DNA of 32,000 nucleotides. It comes from Erysipelotrichaceae bacterium MTC7. GTDB taxonomy: Bacteria > Bacillota_I > Bacilli_A > Erysipelotrichales > Erysipelotrichaceae. Of this stretch, positions 18,000 to 25,622 are shown piece by piece. The notes under the pieces are model-generated. The model saw only the letters and a program-made list of their open reading frames with translations. It ran no database searches and had not been told where the DNA came from. Both the position numbers and the translations under genes were made by a program. Position 1 is the first letter of the stretch, and every line of letters starts with the position of its first letter. The stretch spans positions 1 to 32,000 of the forward strand of contig LVZN01000009.1 in NCBI GenBank assembly GCA_001695645.1. The letters run 5' to 3'.

Positions 18000-18015
18000 A
18001 CTGGTTATAATGACA
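18000..18015 (+). promoter_or_regulatory. Third GntR-type operator half-dyad (roadblock position)
   Basis: ACTGGTTATAATGACA matches the perfect dyad at 12 of 16 positions. It lies between the predicted start of transcription and the RBS AGGAGAG of the first SIS gene. Confidence 0.5.
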
Positions 18016-18035
18016 TTACCAATTAGGAGAGAACT

Positions 18036-18770
18036 ATGAAGTATTTAGAATATTATGAAATTATCAAAGCTCAGATGGATCTTCAAATGAAAGAGACTTC
18101 TGAGAAGTTGGAAGCGGCAGCGATTTGCTGTACAAATTCGATAGTAGAAGGAAGTGTCGTACATGTGTATGGTTGTGGACATTCACAAATGTTTGCAATG
18201 GAGGTGTTTTATCGAGCAGGCGGATTGGTTCCGGTTAATGCATTGTTGGTTCCACATTTAGCGCTTTTTCCCAAAGCAAAACTTAGTACGTTTCAAGAAC
18301 GTGTGGAAGGTTTTTCACCAGAGTATTTAAATCTGATCAATACGAATAAAAATGACACCATGATTATCGTGTCAATATCTGGAAGAAATTCGGCGGTGAT
18401 TGATATGGCAATCGAGGCAAAAGCGAAAGGAATGAAAGTTATTGCATTAACTTCATTAACATTTAGTGACAAGGTGACTTCGCGACATTCAAGTAATAAA
18501 CTGTTACGTGATTTTGCGGATGTTGTAATTGATATCAAGTGTGAAGCCGGAGATGCTTGCTTATCACTAGAAAGTCTTCCTGTTAAATTCAATGGAACGA
18601 GTACAATTCTAGGAATGTTGGTAATGAATTGTATAACTTCCAGAACCATTGAATTGTGTGTTGAACGAGGTGTTACTCCACCAATTTATGTAAGTTCAAA
18701 TTTAGATGAAGGTGATGAAATCAATCGCACATATATACAGAAGTATCGGAATAAAATTAACTGCTTATAA
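18036..18770 (+). CDS. SIS-domain phosphosugar-binding protein (UPF0309-like), paralogue 1
   Basis: 244 aa. VHVYGCGHSQMFAMEVFYRAGGLVPVNALL and IIVSISGRNSAVIDMA are SIS-fold motifs. The UPF0309 resemblance is from memory. Confidence 0.7.
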   Translation: MKYLEYYEIIKAQMDLQMKETSEKLEAAAICCTNSIVEGSVVHVYGCGHSQMFAMEVFYRAGGLVPVNALLVPHLALFPKAKLSTFQERVEGFSPEYLNLINTNKNDTMIIVSISGRNSAVIDMAIEAKAKGMKVIALTSLTFSDKVTSRHSSNKLLRDFADVVIDIKCEAGDACLSLESLPVKFNGTSTILGMLVMNCITSRTIELCVERGVTPPIYVSSNLDEGDEINRTYIQKYRNKINCL

Positions 18771-18784
18771 AAGGGGGAATTGAA

Positions 18785-19534
18785 ATGAGAGCATTTGAAA
18801 CGTATTTTGAAGTAATGGATAAGATAGTAGGTGAAATAAGAGAAAGCCAAGTTGATAACATTATGAAAGCAGCAACATTATTGGCCGATACTACCGAAAA
18901 TGGCGGGCTTATTTATGGTTTTGGTGTTGGACATTCATACAATGTTATCGGTGATGCATTTTGGCGAGCAGCAACACCTGTAAACTATTGTGCAATTGTT
19001 GAGCCAAGTGCAACTGGTCATTTTGAAATTACAAGAAGTCATTTTGTAGAAAACACCTATGATCTTGGTCGCCATGTCATTGATTATCATGAAGTTACAC
19101 CAAATGATTGTGTCATCATTATTTCGAATTCAGGGAATAACATCATGCCTGTTGATGCAGCCATTCGTTGCAAGGAATTGGGAATTCCTACAATTGCAAT
19201 TACTGCTGTAAACTACAGCAATTATTTAAAGACGAAACATCGTGATGGGGTTAAATTAAAAGATGTATGTAGTATTGTCTTAGATAATTGCACACCAATA
19301 GGTGATGCTGCAGTAGAGATTGAAGGATTTGGTATGAAATTAGGATCAACAAGTACAATACCCAATGTGTATTTACAAAACTATATTTTGATAGAAATGA
19401 TTGAAATACTGACGCAACGTGGATTCACGCCAGATGTATATTACAACGGGCACCTTGAAGAAATGGGAGATACATACAAAAATCATAATGAAAAAATGGT
19501 GAAAAAGTATAAAGGTAGAATTCGCAATTTGTAG
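18785..19534 (+). CDS. SIS-domain phosphosugar-binding protein (UPF0309-like), paralogue 2
   Basis: 249 aa with the same architecture as paralogue 1 but divergent: IYGFGVGHSYNVIGDAFWRAATPVN and IIISNSGNNIMPVDAA. Confidence 0.7.
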   Translation: MRAFETYFEVMDKIVGEIRESQVDNIMKAATLLADTTENGGLIYGFGVGHSYNVIGDAFWRAATPVNYCAIVEPSATGHFEITRSHFVENTYDLGRHVIDYHEVTPNDCVIIISNSGNNIMPVDAAIRCKELGIPTIAITAVNYSNYLKTKHRDGVKLKDVCSIVLDNCTPIGDAAVEIEGFGMKLGSTSTIPNVYLQNYILIEMIEILTQRGFTPDVYYNGHLEEMGDTYKNHNEKMVKKYKGRIRNL

Positions 19535-19580
19535 TTTTATTGATTTATGTTGATTTGTGTTTTTATTTAAAGGAGAGATT

Positions 19581-20378
19581 ATGGAATTATTACAAATTTT
19601 GATGTTGGCAATTGCAACGTTTATTTTTGCGATTGATCAATTTTCATTAACGGAAGTTATCTACCGGCCAATTGTTGCATGTCCGATTATCGGTTTGATA
19701 CTGGGGGACTTACAAACGGGACTACTGGTTGGTGGAACTTATGAATTGATGATGGTTGGGAATATGCCAGTTGGAGGTGCCCAACCACCAAATGCAGTAC
19801 TCGGTGGAGTTGTTGCGATGGTGTTTGCAATTAAGGCAGATATGGGAATTGATGCAGCTTTAGGAACAGCGGTTATATTCTCAGTGTTTGGACAATACGC
19901 CGTGACGTTAACATTTACTGTTATGTCAGGATTGATGGCAAAAGCCGATCAAGCTGCAATTAAAGCAAGTAAGAAAGGTATTCGAAATGTAAATATGCTT
20001 TCAATGCTATTGCTTGGAACTCTATTTGCTTTGATGTCAATACTTGCATATGTTGGAGGAAGTGCTGCAGCTAAACCATTACAAGAATTTGCAGCAAACT
20101 TCTCATGGGTTATGGGAGGACTTGATGCAGCTGGAAAAATGATGAAGTATGTCGGTTTTGCGATTTTACTAAAAATTATGTTATCGAACGACTTATGGGG
20201 AATTTACTTAGCTGGGTTTGCAGCGGCAGCATTGCTTGGTAATGTTGATGCAACAAGAGGAGCAACACTTGTGCTTGTAGCATTTATTGGGGTTGCACTT
20301 GCAATCAATAACTTCGTAACTGCTGTACAGATTCGTAACAATGGAAGTAATTCAGGAGGTATGTCTGATGGAATCTAA
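19581..20378 (+). CDS. PTS EIIC component, mannose/fructose/sorbose (Man) family
   Basis: 265 aa. It begins MELLQILMLAIATFIFAIDQ and contains GNMPVGGAQPPN, both ManY/LevF/AgaC-like. I chose ATG 19581, behind AAAGGAGAG. Confidence 0.85.
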   Translation: MELLQILMLAIATFIFAIDQFSLTEVIYRPIVACPIIGLILGDLQTGLLVGGTYELMMVGNMPVGGAQPPNAVLGGVVAMVFAIKADMGIDAALGTAVIFSVFGQYAVTLTFTVMSGLMAKADQAAIKASKKGIRNVNMLSMLLLGTLFALMSILAYVGGSAAAKPLQEFAANFSWVMGGLDAAGKMMKYVGFAILLKIMLSNDLWGIYLAGFAAAALLGNVDATRGATLVLVAFIGVALAINNFVTAVQIRNNGSNSGGMSDGI

Positions 20379-21321
20379 TGTAACTAATTATAACAATTTG
20401 ACACCAGCACAAACACTGGATAAAAAAACCGTTCATAAAATGGTATGGATGTCGACTATGTTACAAGCTTCTTTCAACTATGAAAGAATGCAAGCAGCCG
20501 GTTGGCTATGGGCAATATTGCCTGGACTTGAAAAGATTCATACCGATAAAGATGATTTAAGTATCTCAATGCAACATAACTTGGAGTTCTTCAACTGTCA
20601 TACATATACGGTTACCTTTGTCATGGGACTGGTACTGTCCCTTGAACAACAGAAAGCAGATATTAATACCATTCGTTCGGTCCGTGTTGCTGCGATGGGT
20701 CCGCTTGGTGGAATTGGTGATGCACTAATTTGGTTTACGTTAATGCCAATTACCGCAGGAATTACTGCCAACATGACAATAGCAGGGAGTATATTTGGTC
20801 CAATTCTTTATTTCATTATCATCTTTGGTGCACAGATGGGGCTACGCTATTGGTTGTTTAACTGGTCGTACTCACTTGGGAAAAATGCAATTGGAGCAAT
20901 CACAAAATACGCAAAAGAGTTTACGCATGCGGCTTCAATGATTGGAGTATTTGTTGTTGGGGCACTGAAATGTAACTATGGAAATACAGCTCTTGGAATG
21001 ATGATTCCAAATGGAACTATGATAGATGAAGCTGGAAATGAAGTTGCAAACTTTATTAATGTACAAGGTTTGCTTGATGGTATTTTACCAGCGTTAATAC
21101 CATTGGCATTAACCTTGATGTGTTATTTCTTAATTAAGAAAAAGAACTGGCGTCCAACTCAACTTATTGCTTTATTATTGGCAATTGGAATCGTTGGATG
21201 TGCATTTGGACTATGGGCAGGAGATGCAGGACAAATTGTTGATAGTGATAATGATGGTATTTATGATTCTAAGTTACCACAAGGATATGAGTCTTTAGTA
21301 CCTGTACCTTGGCATGATTAG
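20368..21321 (+). CDS. PTS EIID component, Man family, with unusual C-terminal tail
   Basis: 317 aa. ASFNYERMQAAGW and LEFFNCHTY are ManZ-type motifs. I chose ATG 20368 behind CAGGAGG, which overlaps the EIIC gene by 11 nt. The last 32 aa are acidic and contain DSDNDGIYD. Confidence 0.85.
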   Translation: MESNVTNYNNLTPAQTLDKKTVHKMVWMSTMLQASFNYERMQAAGWLWAILPGLEKIHTDKDDLSISMQHNLEFFNCHTYTVTFVMGLVLSLEQQKADINTIRSVRVAAMGPLGGIGDALIWFTLMPITAGITANMTIAGSIFGPILYFIIIFGAQMGLRYWLFNWSYSLGKNAIGAITKYAKEFTHAASMIGVFVVGALKCNYGNTALGMMIPNGTMIDEAGNEVANFINVQGLLDGILPALIPLALTLMCYFLIKKKNWRPTQLIALLLAIGIVGCAFGLWAGDAGQIVDSDNDGIYDSKLPQGYESLVPVPWHD

Positions 21322-21340
21322 CAAAGAGAGGTAATCCTCA

Positions 21341-21377
21341 AAAGAAACCGGGAGATAGACAGGCTTCCGGTTTCTTG
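21341..21377 (+). terminator. Probable rho-independent terminator of the Man-PTS operon
   Basis: GAAACCGG, a 15-nt loop, then CCGGTTTC-TT. The loop is long and the T-tract short. Confidence 0.55.
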
Positions 21378-21423
21378 CGTAAAAGTATGAAAAAATGTGA
21401 ATAGAATTGAAGATTACATAAAA

Positions 21424-21456
21424 GAAAAATGAGATTGCAACTGTGTAGCAATCTCA
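21424..21456 (-). terminator. Rho-independent terminator of the restriction endonuclease gene
   Basis: The minus strand reads GAGATTGCT-acacagtt-GCAATCTC-ATTTTTCTTT. The stem includes the TGA stop at 21454..21456. Confidence 0.7.
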
Positions 21457-22953
21457 TTTTATGTCTTTTATATGGGAATTGATAATTGATTCTAGATACT
21501 TTTTGTTTATCCAAAAACATTGTTTTGTCATCCATTCACCGTTAGGTAGTTGATCTGCATGTCTTTCAATATTTCCTTTATGAAAACCGTTGTTCAAGAG
21601 ATATGCAGACTTACTTGCATGTGGCCTGATGTGTATAATAGATGTATTTTTTTCTCCCAATAAGCTGTTAAAAACGCTAGCTCCACTTACTTCAAAACTG
21701 ACGCCAAGTTTAAATTGATTAATGTAGTTTTCCCATTCGTGTTTAACGATTTCATCAATATCATGTATTGGCATGTTCCATAGAAAACAGCCCTTCAATA
21801 TATATTCAGTTCCATTGTTAACATATACAACAAATAAGAATTTTGTTTCTGATAAAGTATTATACAAAGTTGAACTATCCCATTCTTCTTTGATTAATTC
21901 CATGATTTCAAAGTTTGGAAATGGCATAGATTCTCTTATTCTTCCATTTTGTTCAACGCGAATGGATTTTACTTTGATACTTGCTTTTGTAAACTCTTCT
22001 GCTTGATTACTTTTTACGCCTAGCATTCGAAATGCAAAGTCAGCGAATTTGCTCTTATTGCTTTTTACATCTGGAAATATTGAAAATAATTCAGATTCTG
22101 ATTTTCCAATATACGAGTTTATTTTGCTCGTAATAAAACTTTCAAAGGTTGAAGTTAATTTCGTGTCATCTTTAAGTATTCTTTCTTCTTCGTTTTCATT
22201 CAGAATAAGTTTATGAAGAACGTAATTCATGTAACTTTGCTTAAGTGAGAAAGCTCGTTTTTTTGTTAAAGTGTGTTCACCGTAATATTGTGGAACAACA
22301 TCCTCTTTATTTCTAGCCTTTGTACAAGCTCCAAGGTACATTGTATCACCTTCACTTAACATGTGAGCTTGACCGGCTTTGATTTTATTATTAATTGTTT
22401 GATAATCTTGTTTAATAATTTCTAGGTCTTCTTTTGAAGGCGTAAACAAATTTACATACTTGATGATATTGTCATACTTATCTTCAAGGTTACGATCGCG
22501 TAAATAGTGAATTAATAAGATTTTTTGGATTTTGTTCCAAAGATGACTTCTATCAAAATCATCTTCAACAGCTTTGTTAAAAGCAATGTTGGTAATTACA
22601 AGACGTTCTCCAGCACGGTATGAACCATCCTTTTTAATATCAATAGGGGCTTGTTTCAATTCTAAACCTACTTTTGGAAAATCGGGGCGTTGATCACTGT
22701 TTGGTTTGTATCCAAAATAGTTTTTCTCAATAATGTTACCAAAGTTACCTTTTGCATTGTTGTCTTTGTATGATGCTCCATACGCTGAAGGTTTATCTGC
22801 AACTTTATAAGCGTCCAAGCTGTGTGCCTCTTCGTAGTTTTTATATGCGGATTTGTCCCATTCATCAATGATTTGGTTGAAGGATTGTCCAATTAATCGA
22901 TTCGCATACTGAAGGATGCTTTGGATATCATCGTCTTTATAATCAAATAGCAT
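21454..22953 (-). CDS. Type II restriction endonuclease, Sau3AI/MutH family (predicted GATC specificity)
   Basis: 499 aa. RPDFPKVGLELKQAPI is a MutH-like D...ELK catalytic motif. IIKQDYQTINNKIKAGQAHMLSEGDTMYLGACTKA...KKRAFSLKQSYMNYVL and the C-terminal EWMTKQCFWINKKYL closely resemble my recollection of Sau3AI, which is about 489 aa. Confidence 0.75.
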   Translation of the reverse strand: MLFDYKDDDIQSILQYANRLIGQSFNQIIDEWDKSAYKNYEEAHSLDAYKVADKPSAYGASYKDNNAKGNFGNIIEKNYFGYKPNSDQRPDFPKVGLELKQAPIDIKKDGSYRAGERLVITNIAFNKAVEDDFDRSHLWNKIQKILLIHYLRDRNLEDKYDNIIKYVNLFTPSKEDLEIIKQDYQTINNKIKAGQAHMLSEGDTMYLGACTKARNKEDVVPQYYGEHTLTKKRAFSLKQSYMNYVLHKLILNENEEERILKDDTKLTSTFESFITSKINSYIGKSESELFSIFPDVKSNKSKFADFAFRMLGVKSNQAEEFTKASIKVKSIRVEQNGRIRESMPFPNFEIMELIKEEWDSSTLYNTLSETKFLFVVYVNNGTEYILKGCFLWNMPIHDIDEIVKHEWENYINQFKLGVSFEVSGASVFNSLLGEKNTSIIHIRPHASKSAYLLNNGFHKGNIERHADQLPNGEWMTKQCFWINKKYLESIINSHIKDIK

Positions 22954-22982
22954 AATAATCTCCTAATTTTTCATCTAAGATC

Positions 22983-23011
22983 TTGAATCAGAGTAAAAAG
23001 TTTAGTATACT
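22983..23011 (+). promoter_or_regulatory. Predicted methyltransferase promoter
   Basis: TTGAAT (22983..22988), a 17-nt spacer, then TATACT (23006..23011). A GATC site (22979..22982, within AAGATCTT) abuts the -35 box. The -10 box sits inside the 18-bp palindrome. Confidence 0.5.
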
Positions 23012-23016
23012 AAACT
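22999..23016. promoter_or_regulatory. Perfect 18-bp palindrome in the R-M intergenic region
   Basis: AGTTTAGTATACTAAACT equals its own reverse complement. Confidence 0.9.
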
Positions 23017-23028
23017 AGTACTAAAAAG

Positions 23029-23057
23029 ATTATAACAAATATAGAGATGAACTTAAA
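23029..23057 (-). promoter_or_regulatory. Predicted endonuclease promoter (extended -10)
   Basis: The minus strand reads TTTAAG (23057..23052), a 17-nt spacer, then TGtTATAAT, with TATAAT at 23034..23029 and TG at 23037..23036. Confidence 0.5.
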
Positions 23058-23084
23058 CTTTGTATATAGAATGGAGATTCAAAT

Positions 23085-24335
23085 ATGGAAAAAACAGTGG
23101 TTGAATTGTTTGCGGGTGTTGGTGGATTTAGAGTTGGTTTAAATAAAATTAAAAATATTGATAAAAATGGAAGGGCTGTTGAAAACGGTCCTTGGTCTTT
23201 TGTATGGGCGAACCAATGGGAACCATCAACAAAGGTTCAACATGCGTTTGACTGCTATAATATGCGCTTTGGTAAGTCTCAAAATCACTCTAATGAAGAT
23301 ATATCAATTGTAGATAAATCATCAATTCCAAATCATTCGTTACTAGTAGGTGGATTTCCTTGTCAAGATTATTCAGTAGCTCGAACACTTTCTGGTGAAA
23401 AAGGGATACAAGGAAAAAAAGGTGTTTTATTTTGGCAGATAAAAGAAATATTAGATAAAAAAAATACACCATTTGTATTGTTGGAAAACGTTGATCGCTT
23501 GATTAAATCTCCAGCAAAACAACGAGGACGTGACTTTGGAATTATGTTAAGGACATTTTATGAATTAGGTTATGATGTTGAGTGGCGCGTTATCAATGCT
23601 GCTGAATATGGGGCAGCTCAAAAACGTAGAAGAGTGTTTATATTTGCATGGAAAAAAGACACAGACTATGGAACTTCTTTATCTGATGATAAAGGGCTTA
23701 TTATGCAAAGTGAAGGTTTATTTGCAAATGTATTTCCAATACACAATTTTAATATAAGTAAGGTGAATAATAAGAATTTAACAGTATATAAAGACGCTGT
23801 AGAAATGACTGAAGATTTCGAATGGACTTTTCAAAATTCTGGTGTTATGAAAGATGGAGTTGTATCTACAATAAAAACTATACCTATTGGAAAACAACCA
23901 ATACCGTTAAGTGAGACAATTGAGACTGGAAAGATTAGTGATGATTTTTTTCTTGATAGTAAAGCTAAAGAAAAATTTGAGTACCTGAAGGGTGGAAAGA
24001 AAATTAATAGAGTAAAGCCAAATGGAGAACACTATGTATACTCTGAAGGAAGCATGTCATTTCCTGAAGATTTAGACCAACCTGGAAGAACGATGTTAAC
24101 GAGTGAAGGTACAACAAATAGAAGTACACATGTTGTTGCCGATTATCAAACAAAAAAACTACGCTTAATCACTCCAATAGAAGCGGAAAGATTACAGTCA
24201 TTTCCTGATGATTGGACAAATACAGGTATGCCAAACAGAAGACGTTACTTTATGATGGGGAATGCACTAGTGACAAAATTAATAAGTGATTTATCAGAAA
24301 CACTAGAGGAAATCATTGAAAGAGAAAACCGTTAG
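23085..24335 (+). CDS. DNA (cytosine-5)-methyltransferase (predicted M.Sau3AI-like, GATC)
   Basis: All C5-MTase motifs are present in order: I ELFAGVGGF, IV GGFPCQDYS, VI LLENV, VIII AAQKRRRVF, IX RLITPIEAERLQSFPDDW, X MGNALV. At 416 aa it is close to M.Sau3AI in size. Confidence 0.9.
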   Translation: MEKTVVELFAGVGGFRVGLNKIKNIDKNGRAVENGPWSFVWANQWEPSTKVQHAFDCYNMRFGKSQNHSNEDISIVDKSSIPNHSLLVGGFPCQDYSVARTLSGEKGIQGKKGVLFWQIKEILDKKNTPFVLLENVDRLIKSPAKQRGRDFGIMLRTFYELGYDVEWRVINAAEYGAAQKRRRVFIFAWKKDTDYGTSLSDDKGLIMQSEGLFANVFPIHNFNISKVNNKNLTVYKDAVEMTEDFEWTFQNSGVMKDGVVSTIKTIPIGKQPIPLSETIETGKISDDFFLDSKAKEKFEYLKGGKKINRVKPNGEHYVYSEGSMSFPEDLDQPGRTMLTSEGTTNRSTHVVADYQTKKLRLITPIEAERLQSFPDDWTNTGMPNRRRYFMMGNALVTKLISDLSETLEEIIERENR

Positions 24336-24364
24336 TTTGCTACATGCGAACTAACGGTTTTTTT
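24325..24364. terminator. Bidirectional rho-independent terminator shared by the methyltransferase and metallophosphoesterase genes
   Basis: AAAACCGTTAGTT-tgctacatgcg-AACTAACGGTTTTTTT overlaps the TAG of the MTase and abuts the TAA of the convergent gene. Confidence 0.8.
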
Positions 24365-25475
24365 AGTGCTCCATCATCATATTGACAATGACAATTTCCG
24401 ATTCACTTCCTAGTCTAGCAGGAACTCCCCAAGTACCAGCACCACTAGTTGTGATCATTTGATAGGGTTCTTTAAAGTAACCATATGAATGAGGAAACTG
24501 AATTGCAACTAATAGGTTGTAAGGGAATATTTGTCCATCATGGGTATGTCCAGATAGTTGTAAATCCACATCATGATAATCATCAATAATTGGTTGGTGA
24601 TCAAGTACGATGATTGGCTTTGTTGGATCTGCTTTTTTAGCGAGTGATTCCAGTGTTGGTCGATCTTTGTGGTTGGAATAATCATCGCGACCAATCAATT
24701 GAATATCATCAGCAACAACCATAACATCATCAACAATTGGTGTAATACCTGCATCTTCAAGTGTTTGATAATAAATGTCAAGGTTCTTACGATGTTCCTC
24801 ATGATTACCAAATACATAATAACTACCATAAGAAGGATCAAGTTGTTTAAATACATCAATTGATTTTTTTAAGTGGTAGTCATTTGTAAGTTCATCAAAG
24901 ATGTCACCACCAAATAAAACAATATCGGGATTGGCATTGTTTACTTTATCCACAATGCTTTGAAGTTTCTTTATATCAATCGAGTTGCCTAAATGGATAT
25001 CTGCTAGATAAGCGATTCTAAGCTCTTTATGGACACTTTCTTTGTTAACGTGCACATAATAACTAGTCATTTGTATTTGCCTAGCATGGACGGTTGAATA
25101 CGTTCCTACGATAATTGAGAATACCATGAGTATTGCGATAATATCTCTTCGTGGAACATACCATTTTCTAATCATTCTTTTTTGAATGATGTTGTATATA
25201 GAGACAAATGCAAAGAATGCAAATGACAATATAATAAACATAAAGAAAACACTCGTACTCCAAAGTATGAAAAGCACATACCAGCCATGAGTTGATAATC
25301 TTGGCAATAAAAAGAAACGTAAAATAAACATAAATTGGAAGAAATACAAGAATGTATACAATCCTCTTTTTACTTTCTTGTTTTTAATACGCAAAATACC
25401 AATGTATTTGTATGCTGTATAACCTGTGATAATAATTAGAAACACAAGTAGTAATAATTTAAATATACTAACCAT
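24363..25475 (-). CDS. Membrane-anchored metallophosphoesterase (calcineurin-like, COG1408/YkuE-YkoQ type)
   Basis: The N-terminal 130 aa or so hold 4-5 TM helices. These are followed by LADIHLG, FGGDIFDE, VFGNHE and SGHTHDGQ, a full metallophosphatase motif set. Confidence 0.85.
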   Translation of the reverse strand: MVSIFKLLLLVFLIIITGYTAYKYIGILRIKNKKVKRGLYTFLYFFQFMFILRFFLLPRLSTHGWYVLFILWSTSVFFMFIILSFAFFAFVSIYNIIQKRMIRKWYVPRRDIIAILMVFSIIVGTYSTVHARQIQMTSYYVHVNKESVHKELRIAYLADIHLGNSIDIKKLQSIVDKVNNANPDIVLFGGDIFDELTNDYHLKKSIDVFKQLDPSYGSYYVFGNHEEHRKNLDIYYQTLEDAGITPIVDDVMVVADDIQLIGRDDYSNHKDRPTLESLAKKADPTKPIIVLDHQPIIDDYHDVDLQLSGHTHDGQIFPYNLLVAIQFPHSYGYFKEPYQMITTSGAGTWGVPARLGSESEIVIVNMMMEH

Positions 25476-25622
25476 GACTATATTTTATCATGGAATTTCC
25501 AAAAATGAGTTAGAAATCTTCGTTCTATGTGTAATAACAGAAATTTATGTTGATACATTTTTCGACATTTTAATTATATGAAACTAACCAATTCAAATTA
25601 TTATTTATCTAATTCGAATGAT

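Noticed and set aside
19535-19580. Short tandem TTGATTT(A/G)TGT motifs between the second SIS gene and EIIC-Man
   Set aside because: There are only two imperfect copies within a 46-nt T-rich intergenic spacer. This is most simply low-complexity sequence preceding the RBS.
23457-23464. A8 homopolymer inside the methyltransferase ORF as a phase-variation switch
   Set aside because: A/T runs of 7-8 are frequent throughout this AT-rich sequence, for example in terminators and other genes. The tract is too short to argue for slipped-strand regulation without population data.
24363-25475. Membrane metallophosphoesterase as a possible third component of the R-M/defence locus
   Set aside because: It is convergent to the methylase and separated from it by a strong bidirectional terminator. 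Its G+C is core-like in my spot count. It has the common housekeeping COG1408 architecture (TM anchor plus complete calcineurin-like motifs). Nothing links it functionally to the R-M pair.
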